Of a stretch of DNA of 64,000 nt, positions 30,797-39,898 are shown in pieces. Numbering within the stretch: position 1 is the stretch's first letter; the number at the start of each line of letters is the position of its first letter. The stretch covers positions 375 through 64,374 of the forward strand of contig CAZQFL010000007.1 of the NCBI GenBank assembly GCA_964592745.1. Reading direction: 5' to 3'. Source of the DNA: an uncultured Desulfurococcaceae archaeon (GTDB lineage Archaea; Thermoproteota; Thermoprotei_A; Sulfolobales; NBVN01). Made by a program: the position numbers and the translations under genes. The notes below the pieces were generated by a model. The model ran no database searches and was not told the DNA's origin. It worked only from the letters and a program-made list of their open reading frames with translations.

Positions 30797-31954
30797 TCAC
30801 CTCCTTAGAATTACCGTTGTTATGTTAGATCCAACACCTCCTATATTTTGAGCTAGACCTACCTCACCACCAACGTTGATGCCTGGGAAATCCCCTCTTA
30901 ATTGCATTACTATTTCGGCTATTTGGTAAATACCTGTAGCACCTACGGGATGCCCCCTAGATTTAAGACCTCCAGAGGGATTTAAGGATGGTTTATCTCC
31001 AGGTTTAAATCTACCTTCAGCTAATAGTTTAGGCGCTTTACCTTTAGGTGCAAATCCTATACTCTCTATACTTAACATAGCGATTATACTATAGGCGTCA
31101 TGTATCTCAGCTACATCTATATCCTTAAGTTCAACTTTAGCCATATCTAGTGCTTTCTTTGCCGACACTTTAGATGCATATAACTCATCTAATGCGTATC
31201 TAGAAGTTATGTCAGTACTATCAAGCGCGTTACTTACACCTGCAACCAGCACTGGTGTATCACTTACCTTTCTTGCAAGATCCTCACTAACTAAATAAAC
31301 AGCCGCTGCACCATCACTTATAGGGCATGCATCATAGAGCCTTATGGGGTCAGCGATTATAGGGGAATTAATTACCTCCTCAAGGGTGACCTTCTTTCTT
31401 AAGTGAGCATATGGGTTGTGATACCCGTTCTCATGCATTAACACGGCCCATAACCCCATCTCTTCCCTACTTACATTATGCTTCTCCATATAGTACCTCA
31501 TTACTAAAGCATTAAGACCTGCGAAACTAACACCATATATTAACTCGTAATCAGCATCAGCAGCCCAAGCTAGCCCTCTTGAGGTGTCAGGTGTTGGTCT
31601 CTCATTAAGCTTTTCAATACCTACGACTAACACTCTCTTAAATAATCCTGATGCGACAAGAGAATAACCAGCCAGAAATGCTGCTCCCCCAGAGCCGCAA
31701 GCTCCCTCAACTTTGAATCCACTAATACCTCTTAATCCTACGTAATCGGCTATTAAGGATGCTAGGTTCTCCTGCTCAATTAAGCTACTTAACATATTGC
31801 CTACAATAATGGCCTCTGGTTTTTCATTACCCACCTCATCAATTGCCTTAAATATAGCCTCAGCAGCTAACTCTCTCAAGCTTCTATCTATATGCCTACC
31901 AACTTTAGTCATTCCTACACCAGCAATGTATACTTTAACCATGATTAACACCAA
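30797..31954 (-). CDS. archaeal thiolase (acetyl-CoA acetyltransferase / SCP-x type)
   Basis: VEGACGSGGAAF active-site Cys region, and C-terminal GHPVGATG and NIGGVG. Confidence 0.85.
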   Translation of the reverse strand: MVLIMVKVYIAGVGMTKVGRHIDRSLRELAAEAIFKAIDEVGNEKPEAIIVGNMLSSLIEQENLASLIADYVGLRGISGFKVEGACGSGGAAFLAGYSLVASGLFKRVLVVGIEKLNERPTPDTSRGLAWAADADYELIYGVSFAGLNALVMRYYMEKHNVSREEMGLWAVLMHENGYHNPYAHLRKKVTLEEVINSPIIADPIRLYDACPISDGAAAVYLVSEDLARKVSDTPVLVAGVSNALDSTDITSRYALDELYASKVSAKKALDMAKVELKDIDVAEIHDAYSIIAMLSIESIGFAPKGKAPKLLAEGRFKPGDKPSLNPSGGLKSRGHPVGATGIYQIAEIVMQLRGDFPGINVGGEVGLAQNIGGVGSNITTVILRR

Positions 31955-31956
31955 AG

Positions 31957-32715
31957 CTATCTTCTAATTATGAATGCTACCATACCTGAATCCATGTATG
32001 GTGAGAGAAACATGAATAAAACATTCTTACACTTATTCACCACTTGCTCTAAAGTCTTGAATGCATGAACTATAGGGTCTTCAACATTCACTTTAAGTAT
32101 GCTCATCAATGATTTAATCGATTCCGAGTTAAGTCCTAAGTTAGAAGCAACTTTAATCATGACCTTAGGTATAGGTGAGTAACCCGCTATACATACTTCA
32201 TTACTAACATTAATGTTACTGCAAGATTTAATTTTACTCTTAAGTTTCTTAATCCAAACATCGCTTAAGAAGTCATAATACGCTCTCAAATCAGCTTTTG
32301 AATCTATCATGAAAAATTCGTTCTCCCTTAATATATCTAAGTACTCAATTTCCAAGCATTTCTCCCTACAATTACTTGACACATTAACCATTGATATATG
32401 CTTTGATGGGACAATATATGTTATTGTTAAAGGATCAAAACCTAAGTTAATTAAGGGGTTGGTTAATTTTATTGCATCCACTATGTCATGAACTATTATT
32501 ATGTCCTTATTTAGAAGCCCTTCCAATATGCTCCTGAAGTTTGTATTGGCTATATTACCTAGCGATTTACCTATAAGCAGTAATGTCTTAGATTCTGAAA
32601 TGTGCGGATCATTATTAATGATCTCATAGAGAGCTTGAATCGTGTCTTGACGTGACCCACTTATATCTTTACTTACCCAGGATATGATTTTCAACACAAT
32701 TTCACTATACCACAC
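31957..32715 (-). CDS. short divergent HMG-CoA-synthase-like protein lacking recognisable catalytic residues
   Basis: By eye the C-terminal half aligns with archaeal HMGCS. EVCIAGYSPIPKVMIKVASNLGLNSESI aligns with YCVFHQPNGKF..AAKKLGFT.EQV, and VLFMFLSPYMDSGMVAFIIRR aligns with ILAVSYGSGAGSDAF. The His and Asn positions are replaced and the N-terminal half is shortened. Confidence 0.4.
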   Translation of the reverse strand: MWYSEIVLKIISWVSKDISGSRQDTIQALYEIINNDPHISESKTLLLIGKSLGNIANTNFRSILEGLLNKDIIIVHDIVDAIKLTNPLINLGFDPLTITYIVPSKHISMVNVSSNCREKCLEIEYLDILRENEFFMIDSKADLRAYYDFLSDVWIKKLKSKIKSCSNINVSNEVCIAGYSPIPKVMIKVASNLGLNSESIKSLMSILKVNVEDPIVHAFKTLEQVVNKCKNVLFMFLSPYMDSGMVAFIIRR

Positions 32716-32882
32716 TCCTTACTACACCTTTTATTGTTTCCCATATTTAGCTAATGAAATAGCACTAACGTGGTGTCTCAGTGTAATAATTATTAGTTAG
32801 CCAGTTGAGGTCATAGCAACAAATGTTAATAATAAATCCCAATAATTTTTAATGCTTTCGCTACATCTGAAGTTGGCAGAAA

Positions 32883-33893
32883 TTGAGGACCAGTAAGCTA
32901 ATAAGATTTATCATTATTAGTGTTGTAATTGGGTCGGCCTTTTACATACTCTTATTTATGCTTGCTTATAGAGGTAGCTTAGAAGTGTTTATTGATAGTT
33001 TTAGAGGAGGTAATGGTTTATTTATCATTGCATCATTTGCCGCTAGAGTTGCTGTGTTAACTATCCATGGCCTTGCATGGTGGGTATTAATGAGAGTATT
33101 TAAGAAATTAAGTCTTGGTAAGGTCTTGAAGGTAACGTATACATCGGTATTTACGGAGTTTCTAATACCATTAGGTGGGATAACAGAGATAGTCAAGGTT
33201 GCCTTAGTAACTAGGCTAAAACTACTAAATACCGCTGATACCCTTGCTTCACTCTTTGCTCATAGAATAGTTCTGTCATTGTCGATATTAACAACAACGC
33301 TCTTAGCTTTAATAATAATTAATGCGCCCTTGATACTGTACGTAGTATTATTAGCTCCTGCAACATTACTCACGCTAAGCAATATCATAGGTTTTGTAAT
33401 TCCATCATCCAAGAGAATTGAGTTATTCATAGATAAGATCATAGCTCGATTTGGTTTTAATATTAGTGGTTTTTCTACGAAGTATTCCAGTAGTATGAGG
33501 TCTTTAAGCAGTAATCCCACATCTCTAATCCTTTCATTCATTGTAGAATTCCTTGAGAGATTCATTAACGCTGTATTTGGTTATTTCATAGCTTTAAGTA
33601 TAGGTATTAAAATAAGTCTACTTAAGTCCCTACTTGCTTTCGATTCATTATATGTCATTATGTGGTTATTACCTTTAGCGACTCCAGGTGGTTTAGGTAT
33701 TTATGAGACCATACAAACAACCCTCTTAAGCTTCCTCGGGATAGAAATTAATCAAGCAGCAACAGCTAGCATCATATCCAGACTTATATATCTGAGCGTT
33801 GGATACGGACTATTCGCGCTATCACTAACTAGTCTAGGTATCGGATTTAAATCCCTAATTAAGTCAATATCGAGAAGTAGTATTGAGGAATAA
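32883..33893 (+). CDS. polytopic membrane protein, UPF0104 / LPG-synthase-TM (flippase-like) family candidate
   Basis: About 8 predicted transmembrane helices and a conserved-looking PGGLG loop near the C-terminus. TTG start. Confidence 0.5.
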   Translation: MRTSKLIRFIIISVVIGSAFYILLFMLAYRGSLEVFIDSFRGGNGLFIIASFAARVAVLTIHGLAWWVLMRVFKKLSLGKVLKVTYTSVFTEFLIPLGGITEIVKVALVTRLKLLNTADTLASLFAHRIVLSLSILTTTLLALIIINAPLILYVVLLAPATLLTLSNIIGFVIPSSKRIELFIDKIIARFGFNISGFSTKYSSSMRSLSSNPTSLILSFIVEFLERFINAVFGYFIALSIGIKISLLKSLLAFDSLYVIMWLLPLATPGGLGIYETIQTTLLSFLGIEINQAATASIISRLIYLSVGYGLFALSLTSLGIGFKSLIKSISRSSIEE

Positions 33894-33979
33894 CGACTAG
33901 GTAAATAGCTAACTAACTATTATTAATTTCATGAAATTTCTTTAAGTTTAATGTAGAACTTTACCTTAGGTGAAACTCT

Positions 33980-34348
33980 ATGATTAATACAGATAAGGAT
34001 AGGCTGAGAAGGAAGGTCATAGAGGTATTGAAGAACGTGTATGATCCTGAAATCCCTATAAGTGTATGGGATTTAGGCTTAATATATGAATTAAATATTG
34101 ATGATGAGAATGTAGTACATATTAAGATGACTTTAACAGCTCCCGGATGCCCAATAGCAAACTTTATTGTTAATCACGTAGCTGATGCTATAAGAAGTAT
34201 TGAAGGCGTTAAAGATGTAGATATAGAGCTAGTTTTTGACCCACCATGGGATCCGACAAAAATGACTGAGGAAGGAAGGAAAAAGTTTAAGGAGATATAT
34301 GGATACGACATTGTTAAGGAATTCTTAGGACAGAAGAACATTCGTTAA
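33980..34348 (+). CDS. DUF59/MIP18-family Fe-S assembly protein (SufT/PaaD-like)
   Basis: VYDPEIPISVWDLGLIY...LTAPGCP signature. Confidence 0.8.
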   Translation: MINTDKDRLRRKVIEVLKNVYDPEIPISVWDLGLIYELNIDDENVVHIKMTLTAPGCPIANFIVNHVADAIRSIEGVKDVDIELVFDPPWDPTKMTEEGRKKFKEIYGYDIVKEFLGQKNIR

Positions 34349-34525
34349 GGTAAGCTCTAGGTTTATTCACATACCTTCCTCATTTAATATTTAAAAGGCT
34401 ATTGACTTCTAGGCTAAGGGTGTAGCAGTCTGAATAGACTCCTACTTCACCCTAGACAATACGCCATAATTAAAGAAGTAGCTAAACATGCTGGAGGTAT
34501 TGATGCTAATGAATTAGCTAAGACC

Positions 34526-35935
34526 ATGGGTAAGAAAGTACAAGACATTATGAGAGATCTTGAAGAATTAAGTAGTAAGGGACTTTTAAGCATCGAACGA
34601 GTAAGGACCATTGAGGTAGAAACTACTGAACTAGGTATTAAGTACCTAAGTGATGGATTACCCGAGGAGAAACTCCTCAATAGATTATTAGAGCTCAAGA
34701 AGGTAGTAAGCATCAAAGAGTTGAAGGAAATTGTTAATTTAAGTTTTAACGAGTTTTCAGCAGCCATAGGTATCCTAAGGAAGCTAGGTATCGTCAGTAT
34801 CGAGGAAGGTAAAGTAAAATTAATGATTGATAAAGCCGACTTACTGAAAACACATTCTTCCAGAATTAAGGAATTATTGAAGAGGTTTAAAGAACCCAAG
34901 ATAGTTAATGAGGATGAGATTAGAAATTTAAGAGAATTAAGACGGAGAGGTCTCGTAGAATTTAAGGAGGTTAAGTATATTCGATTAAAACCTACACGTA
35001 AGTTACTAAGTTTAATTGAGAAGGGACTTATTAAGGAAGCTAAAGTTATTACAGCCTTAACTGAGAAGATAATCACTTCCGGTTCATGGCGAGAAGCATT
35101 ATTTAAGAAGTTTGATCTAGGTGTTGAAATACCGACAATTCATCCTAAAAAGAGGCATCCATACATACAGTTTCTGAACTATGTCAGATACGTAATAAGC
35201 AATATGGGATTCAAAGAATTCAAAGGACCATATGTAGAGAGTGAGTTATGGAACTTCGAGGTCTTATTCGTACCTCAGTATCATCCGTCGAGAAGAGGTA
35301 CGGATGTGTACTTCATACGTAATGAAGATTTGAATATTGACATACCTGAAGACATCATAGCTAGAGTTAAGAACATACATGAGAGGGTACTTAATTACTC
35401 TTGGGATATTACTAAAGCATTAAGACCTATCTTAAGAACTCATACCACGCCTGTGTCTATGAGGGCCATATATGAGTTAGGTGGTGGTGAGTATAGGGTG
35501 TTCTCACTAGATAGGGTATTCAGGCCTGATACGCCTGATCCTACACATTTAATGGAGTTCCATCAACTAGAGGGCATAATAGTGGGTAAGAAGGTAACTT
35601 TCAAACATTTATTAGGATTCTTTAAAGAATTTGCTAAGAGATTAGGATTAGGTGATGTAATCTTTAAGCCTGCGTATTTCCCATTCACTGAACCAAGTGT
35701 TGAAGGATACATAAAGCACCCAAAACTTGGTTGGATTGAGGTCTTCCCAGGAGGTATGTTTAGGCCTGAAGTACTTGAATCAGTAGGTCTTAAAGGATAT
35801 AAAGTAGCTGCTTGGGGTATAGGTATAGACAGGATAGCTATGATATTCTTAGGTATTGACGATATAAGGGACTTATATACTAATGATTTAGATGTGATTA
35901 AACGGATGAAAATACCTAGCAAGGTGTTCAGGTAA
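34526..35935 (+). CDS. pheS: phenylalanyl-tRNA synthetase alpha subunit (N-terminus probably extends upstream to about 34445)
   Basis: Class II motifs FRPD...HLMEFHQLEG and GIGIDRIAM. The frame is open back to 34418 and encodes LHPRQYAIIKEVAKHAGGIDANELAKT, which lines up residue for residue with the N-terminal winged-helix region of crenarchaeal PheS as I recall it. Confidence 0.9.
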   Translation: MGKKVQDIMRDLEELSSKGLLSIERVRTIEVETTELGIKYLSDGLPEEKLLNRLLELKKVVSIKELKEIVNLSFNEFSAAIGILRKLGIVSIEEGKVKLMIDKADLLKTHSSRIKELLKRFKEPKIVNEDEIRNLRELRRRGLVEFKEVKYIRLKPTRKLLSLIEKGLIKEAKVITALTEKIITSGSWREALFKKFDLGVEIPTIHPKKRHPYIQFLNYVRYVISNMGFKEFKGPYVESELWNFEVLFVPQYHPSRRGTDVYFIRNEDLNIDIPEDIIARVKNIHERVLNYSWDITKALRPILRTHTTPVSMRAIYELGGGEYRVFSLDRVFRPDTPDPTHLMEFHQLEGIIVGKKVTFKHLLGFFKEFAKRLGLGDVIFKPAYFPFTEPSVEGYIKHPKLGWIEVFPGGMFRPEVLESVGLKGYKVAAWGIGIDRIAMIFLGIDDIRDLYTNDLDVIKRMKIPSKVFR

Positions 35936-37587
35936 TGCCAGTAATTAATGTTAAGTTATGGGATATTGAAAGATTAATCCGTGAAAGCATCCTACTCAGT
36001 GAATTAGAGGAATTACTTAGTAATTTAAAAGCTGAAGTTGTAAGTATTGAGGGTGATGATATATATGTTGAAGTAAGTCATGATAGAGCAGATCTCTTCT
36101 CTGCAGAGGGTATCGCTAGAGCAATTAGGTTTTGGAAACTGATAGAAAAACCCAAAGAGGTTAAGGTATCTATACATAAGGACTTTAACCTTGATATTAG
36201 TAGAGCTCCATCATATAGGCCCTATGCATACTTAATGATTATAAGAAATGTAAAATTAGATGATGAAAGTATTAGACAGATATTTCAATTACAGGAAAAG
36301 CTTCACGTAACGTACTGTGATGATAGGAGATTAGTATCTATAGGGTTGTATGACTTAGACAAGCTGAAACCACCAATAAGGTATATAGCTATCTCTAAAG
36401 CATCATTTAGGCCTCTTGACCATACCGAAGTTATGAGTCTAGATGAAATATTGGTAAAGGTTAACAAGGGTATAAAGTATGGTCACTTGGTACGTAAGGG
36501 TGAATATCCTCTCTTAGTAGATAGCCTAGGTAACGTACTTTCTTTCCCACCAATAATTAATTGTGAGGATAATAGAGTAACCGAATCAACGAAAAATATA
36601 CTAATAGATGTAACAGGTACGGAACCTAAACTAATGGCTAAGATAATAACTCTCATAAGTTTTAATGTAGCTGAAAGAGGATATGGTAAAGCAGAGATTG
36701 AGTTAGTACCGACAAGTAATGAAGAATTAACTAAAATTCTCATCGATACTTTAAGGTATAGAGAATATACCGTAAAACTTAATGATATTGAAGATCTCAT
36801 AGGAGTAAGAATGAGTATTGATGAAGTTTATAGCTCATTGAACAAGAGCGGCTATATTGTTGAGAGGTTAAGTGATGAGGAAGTCAAAGTAAGGGTACCT
36901 CCTTATAGGATAGATGTAATAGGAATTGTCGACATTATTGAGGATATAGCAATAGGGTATGGCTATAATAAGATAGGAACTTCTATTTACCCACCAACTC
37001 ATCATGGTGAAGTTTTAGGGCTTGAGAGGTTCTCTGATGTTATTAGAGAATTAATGGTAGGTTTAGGATTCGATGAAGTTGTAAACTTCATGCTCATTGA
37101 TAGAGATTTCATAGCAATGCTTACAAACGAAGAGTTTATAGACTTGGTCAATCCTAAACTAAAGAGTTACTCAGCTGTTAGGAATTCGTTAATACCATCG
37201 ATACTCTTAAGCATTAAGAAAAATGCTGATAGATACTCAAGTATGAAAATTTTTGAAATAGGTGATTACATTAAGATACGTAAGGGTCGCATGAAAATAG
37301 AAAGATCATTAGCTTACGGTATCTATGGTGATAAAGTAACGTTAACAGATGGTTTAATAATTGTGAAATCATTGATGAACTCCCTAAACATGAAGTATGA
37401 GTTAAGGGAAACTAAATTAGGTATATTCATTGAGGGTAGAGCAGCTGAAGTATTAGTTAATAATGATGTTGTTGGTATAGTTGGTGAGTTACATCCTGAG
37501 GTAATCATTAAGTTAGGATTAAGTAAGCCTGTAGTTGTTGGTGAGTTAATTCTAAGTAGGTTATATTCAAAATTAAGATTACATTAG
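35935..37587 (+). CDS. pheT: phenylalanyl-tRNA synthetase beta subunit
   Basis: MPVINVKLWDIERL N-terminus with B3/4 and B5 domain patterns. Its start overlaps the pheS stop. Confidence 0.9.
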   Translation: MPVINVKLWDIERLIRESILLSELEELLSNLKAEVVSIEGDDIYVEVSHDRADLFSAEGIARAIRFWKLIEKPKEVKVSIHKDFNLDISRAPSYRPYAYLMIIRNVKLDDESIRQIFQLQEKLHVTYCDDRRLVSIGLYDLDKLKPPIRYIAISKASFRPLDHTEVMSLDEILVKVNKGIKYGHLVRKGEYPLLVDSLGNVLSFPPIINCEDNRVTESTKNILIDVTGTEPKLMAKIITLISFNVAERGYGKAEIELVPTSNEELTKILIDTLRYREYTVKLNDIEDLIGVRMSIDEVYSSLNKSGYIVERLSDEEVKVRVPPYRIDVIGIVDIIEDIAIGYGYNKIGTSIYPPTHHGEVLGLERFSDVIRELMVGLGFDEVVNFMLIDRDFIAMLTNEEFIDLVNPKLKSYSAVRNSLIPSILLSIKKNADRYSSMKIFEIGDYIKIRKGRMKIERSLAYGIYGDKVTLTDGLIIVKSLMNSLNMKYELRETKLGIFIEGRAAEVLVNNDVVGIVGELHPEVIIKLGLSKPVVVGELILSRLYSKLRLH

Positions 37588-37630
37588 GATTGCCTTAATT
37601 AGAGGTCACCGTAAGTGAATGTATATGTAA

Positions 37631-39775
37631 TTACTTATTCTTAAGTTTTTTAGCTTCATTAATTATGTTATTAGCAAGTACCTCACCTATCATTGGTATT
37701 TTAGCTATTCGTTCAATACCTACATTCAGTATATCATCAATTGTTCTAATACCATGCATGTACATTAGCCGTGCTCTTACACGACCAATACCCTTAATTC
37801 TCACTAAATCTATCAGTTCCTCCTTTACGCCGTATCTCACTCTCAAGGACAGCTTATTCAATTCGTTAGCGTGATTCTTAAGACCCACACTCTCACATAT
37901 TTTTGAAGCCGCATAAGTGAGCCATGAAGCTGTCTCTATAATTAAGTTAAGATCGCCTGCACCTATCTTAAATGTAGTTATTATGTAGTCTTCATCTACT
38001 TCATTAATCCATTGGTTAAGAATTAACCCTATTTTATAGGCTTTTAACCAATCGTAGAGACTGACACCTCTAATAGGGCCTGGTATGAGGCCTGATTCGT
38101 ATGCTGAGTAGGCCTCTCTTTGAAGTCCCTTATAACCAACCATTCTGACCCTAGTAAAGTCGGGTGTCATAGCTATCAGTGTTAAGTAATATAATGGTGA
38201 AGGTTTACCGATTCCCTCCAGTTCATCTATTATCATGATTGCAGTTAATGGATCTACATATAGTCTACTAACGGTCAGACCTAGTTTGGTCGGGTATAGG
38301 TATCTCCCGTCAGCTCTAATCATATCCATTTCCATAAGTCTAGGCAGAATATTCTTGATAACATAATTGGTTATATCGACACCTCTGCTCTCTAAGAGGT
38401 TCTTATAAGCAAGAGTTTTCCTTAATAAATCTCTTAACTCATCAATACCTTCAACATAACCTGAAGCTATTAATGACAGAGTATGTATTCTTAATGCTCT
38501 CTCACTAATTAGTGCTGATTTAACAGGTTCAGGTCTTCCATTAATATACCTCCACCCTTCGCCTTCATCCTTTACATCAGCTATGATAGCTTCACCTATG
38601 ACGTCATACTGCGGCCTACCAGCACGACCTGCCATTTGCTTATACTCAGCAATAGATATTGGCTTCACATATCCACCTTCAAATCTTCTAGTGTAAATTA
38701 CTACCCTTCGTGCAGGCATGTTTATACCTGCAGCAAGTGTTGGTGTAGCTACAACAAATCTGATTAAGCCACTACGAAATGAATTCTCTACAGCTAATCT
38801 AGCACCATGAGATAAACCCGCATGATGATAAGCAACACCATGCATTACTAATTTATCTAAGTCCTTAATTTCACTTCTCAATGCTTCATACTTCTTAAAT
38901 TTATCTATAATTTCTAAGTAGGTATTTCTATCGATTACTGGCACTTTCAATGCTATATTCTTAGCCATAGACTCCGCCTTATGTCTAGCTTGCTGAAATA
39001 TTATGACTTGGTAATGCTGATTTAATGCACTTCTTACAATATGGTCTATTAAGTTATTATTGAGTACTTCCTCAATTCTTCCATCATTAAATGCTATTAT
39101 AGATCTTCTCTTTATATAGAAGCCCTCAATAAGTTTCACCGGCCTCCAACTACTTAATACTAACTTACATCCAAGCCATTCAGCTAATTCTTCGGGATTG
39201 CTTAGCGTAGCACTTAAACCTACAATCTGAGCTCCAAGCTTTAAAGCGTAAATTGCGATTAACTCTATAGTAGGTCCTCTTTCTCCATCACTAATATTAT
39301 GAAGTTCATCAATAACTACAACACCTACTTTTCTTAACCATTTAGGTCTAAGTCTAAAGAGTGAGTCAAGTCTTTCGTAGGTAGTCACTATTATATCGTA
39401 TTTGTCAAGCCATTCACCCGGCTCGTCATAATCACCTGTACTAATACCTATCTTAGCACCTATCTTAGACCATAAACTAAACTCTTCATACTTTTCATTG
39501 GCCAGAGTTTTAAGAGGTGTTGTATAAATACCCTTACGACCTTTAAGGAAAGCGTTTATTAATGCTAATTCCGCAATCAAGGTCTTACCACTAGCTGTAG
39601 GTGAAGCTACAAGTATGTTCTCCCCATTAAGTAATCCCTTTTTAACGGCTTCCTCTTGCGGTGGTGTTAAGTACTTTATACCCCTAAGTTTTAACTCATT
39701 GATTACCTCCTTAGGTAGTCTTAAAGATTCTACCTTCGTTTTGCTTTCGCCCCAATACTTAATCTTTAATTCTAT
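37631..39775 (-). CDS. hel308: Hel308/Ski2-type DNA helicase (start uncertain; no canonical start codon upstream of Walker A)
   Basis: Downstream motifs DELH, SAT, TPTLAAGINMPA and QMAGRAGR are present. The listed TTG at 39580 sits just after Walker A. The frame stays open up to 39790 and encodes ...IELKIKYWGESKTKVESLRLPKEVINELKLRGIKYLTPPQEEAVKKGLLNGENILVASPTASGKT, which is the Q motif plus Walker A. Confidence 0.85.
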   Translation of the reverse strand: MELKIKYWGESKTKVESLRLPKEVINELKLRGIKYLTPPQEEAVKKGLLNGENILVASPTASGKTLIAELALINAFLKGRKGIYTTPLKTLANEKYEEFSLWSKIGAKIGISTGDYDEPGEWLDKYDIIVTTYERLDSLFRLRPKWLRKVGVVVIDELHNISDGERGPTIELIAIYALKLGAQIVGLSATLSNPEELAEWLGCKLVLSSWRPVKLIEGFYIKRRSIIAFNDGRIEEVLNNNLIDHIVRSALNQHYQVIIFQQARHKAESMAKNIALKVPVIDRNTYLEIIDKFKKYEALRSEIKDLDKLVMHGVAYHHAGLSHGARLAVENSFRSGLIRFVVATPTLAAGINMPARRVVIYTRRFEGGYVKPISIAEYKQMAGRAGRPQYDVIGEAIIADVKDEGEGWRYINGRPEPVKSALISERALRIHTLSLIASGYVEGIDELRDLLRKTLAYKNLLESRGVDITNYVIKNILPRLMEMDMIRADGRYLYPTKLGLTVSRLYVDPLTAIMIIDELEGIGKPSPLYYLTLIAMTPDFTRVRMVGYKGLQREAYSAYESGLIPGPIRGVSLYDWLKAYKIGLILNQWINEVDEDYIITTFKIGAGDLNLIIETASWLTYAASKICESVGLKNHANELNKLSLRVRYGVKEELIDLVRIKGIGRVRARLMYMHGIRTIDDILNVGIERIAKIPMIGEVLANNIINEAKKLKNK

Positions 39776-39840
39776 AGTTCTTAAGTTTGATTACATATTA
39801 AGGAACTGTAAAAATTTTAGGATTTCAGACATAATCTTTA

Positions 39841-39898
39841 TGGATGATCGATGCGGTCGTAGCTGATACTCGATGATGTGATCGGCGGGCTTTGGTGA
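39841..39898 (+). ncRNA. candidate C/D-box sRNA
   Basis: Layout is UGGAUGA (C-like) - 15 nt - CUGA (D') - 6 nt - AUGAUGU (C') - 15 nt - GUGA (D-like). It is relatively GC-rich and lies in the divergent gap between hel308 and the radical SAM gene. Confidence 0.3.

Noticed and set aside
34447-35076. Listed 209-aa minus-strand ORF overlapping pheS.
   Set aside because: Its composition is low-complexity Ser/Leu and it is antisense to a strongly supported aminoacyl-tRNA synthetase gene. The same reasoning applies to the other antisense ORFs in the track (for example 3862..4221, 5396..5680, 11536..11796, 28185..28658, 35563..35922, 36483..36800, 50664..50972, 51036..51389, 55860..56189).
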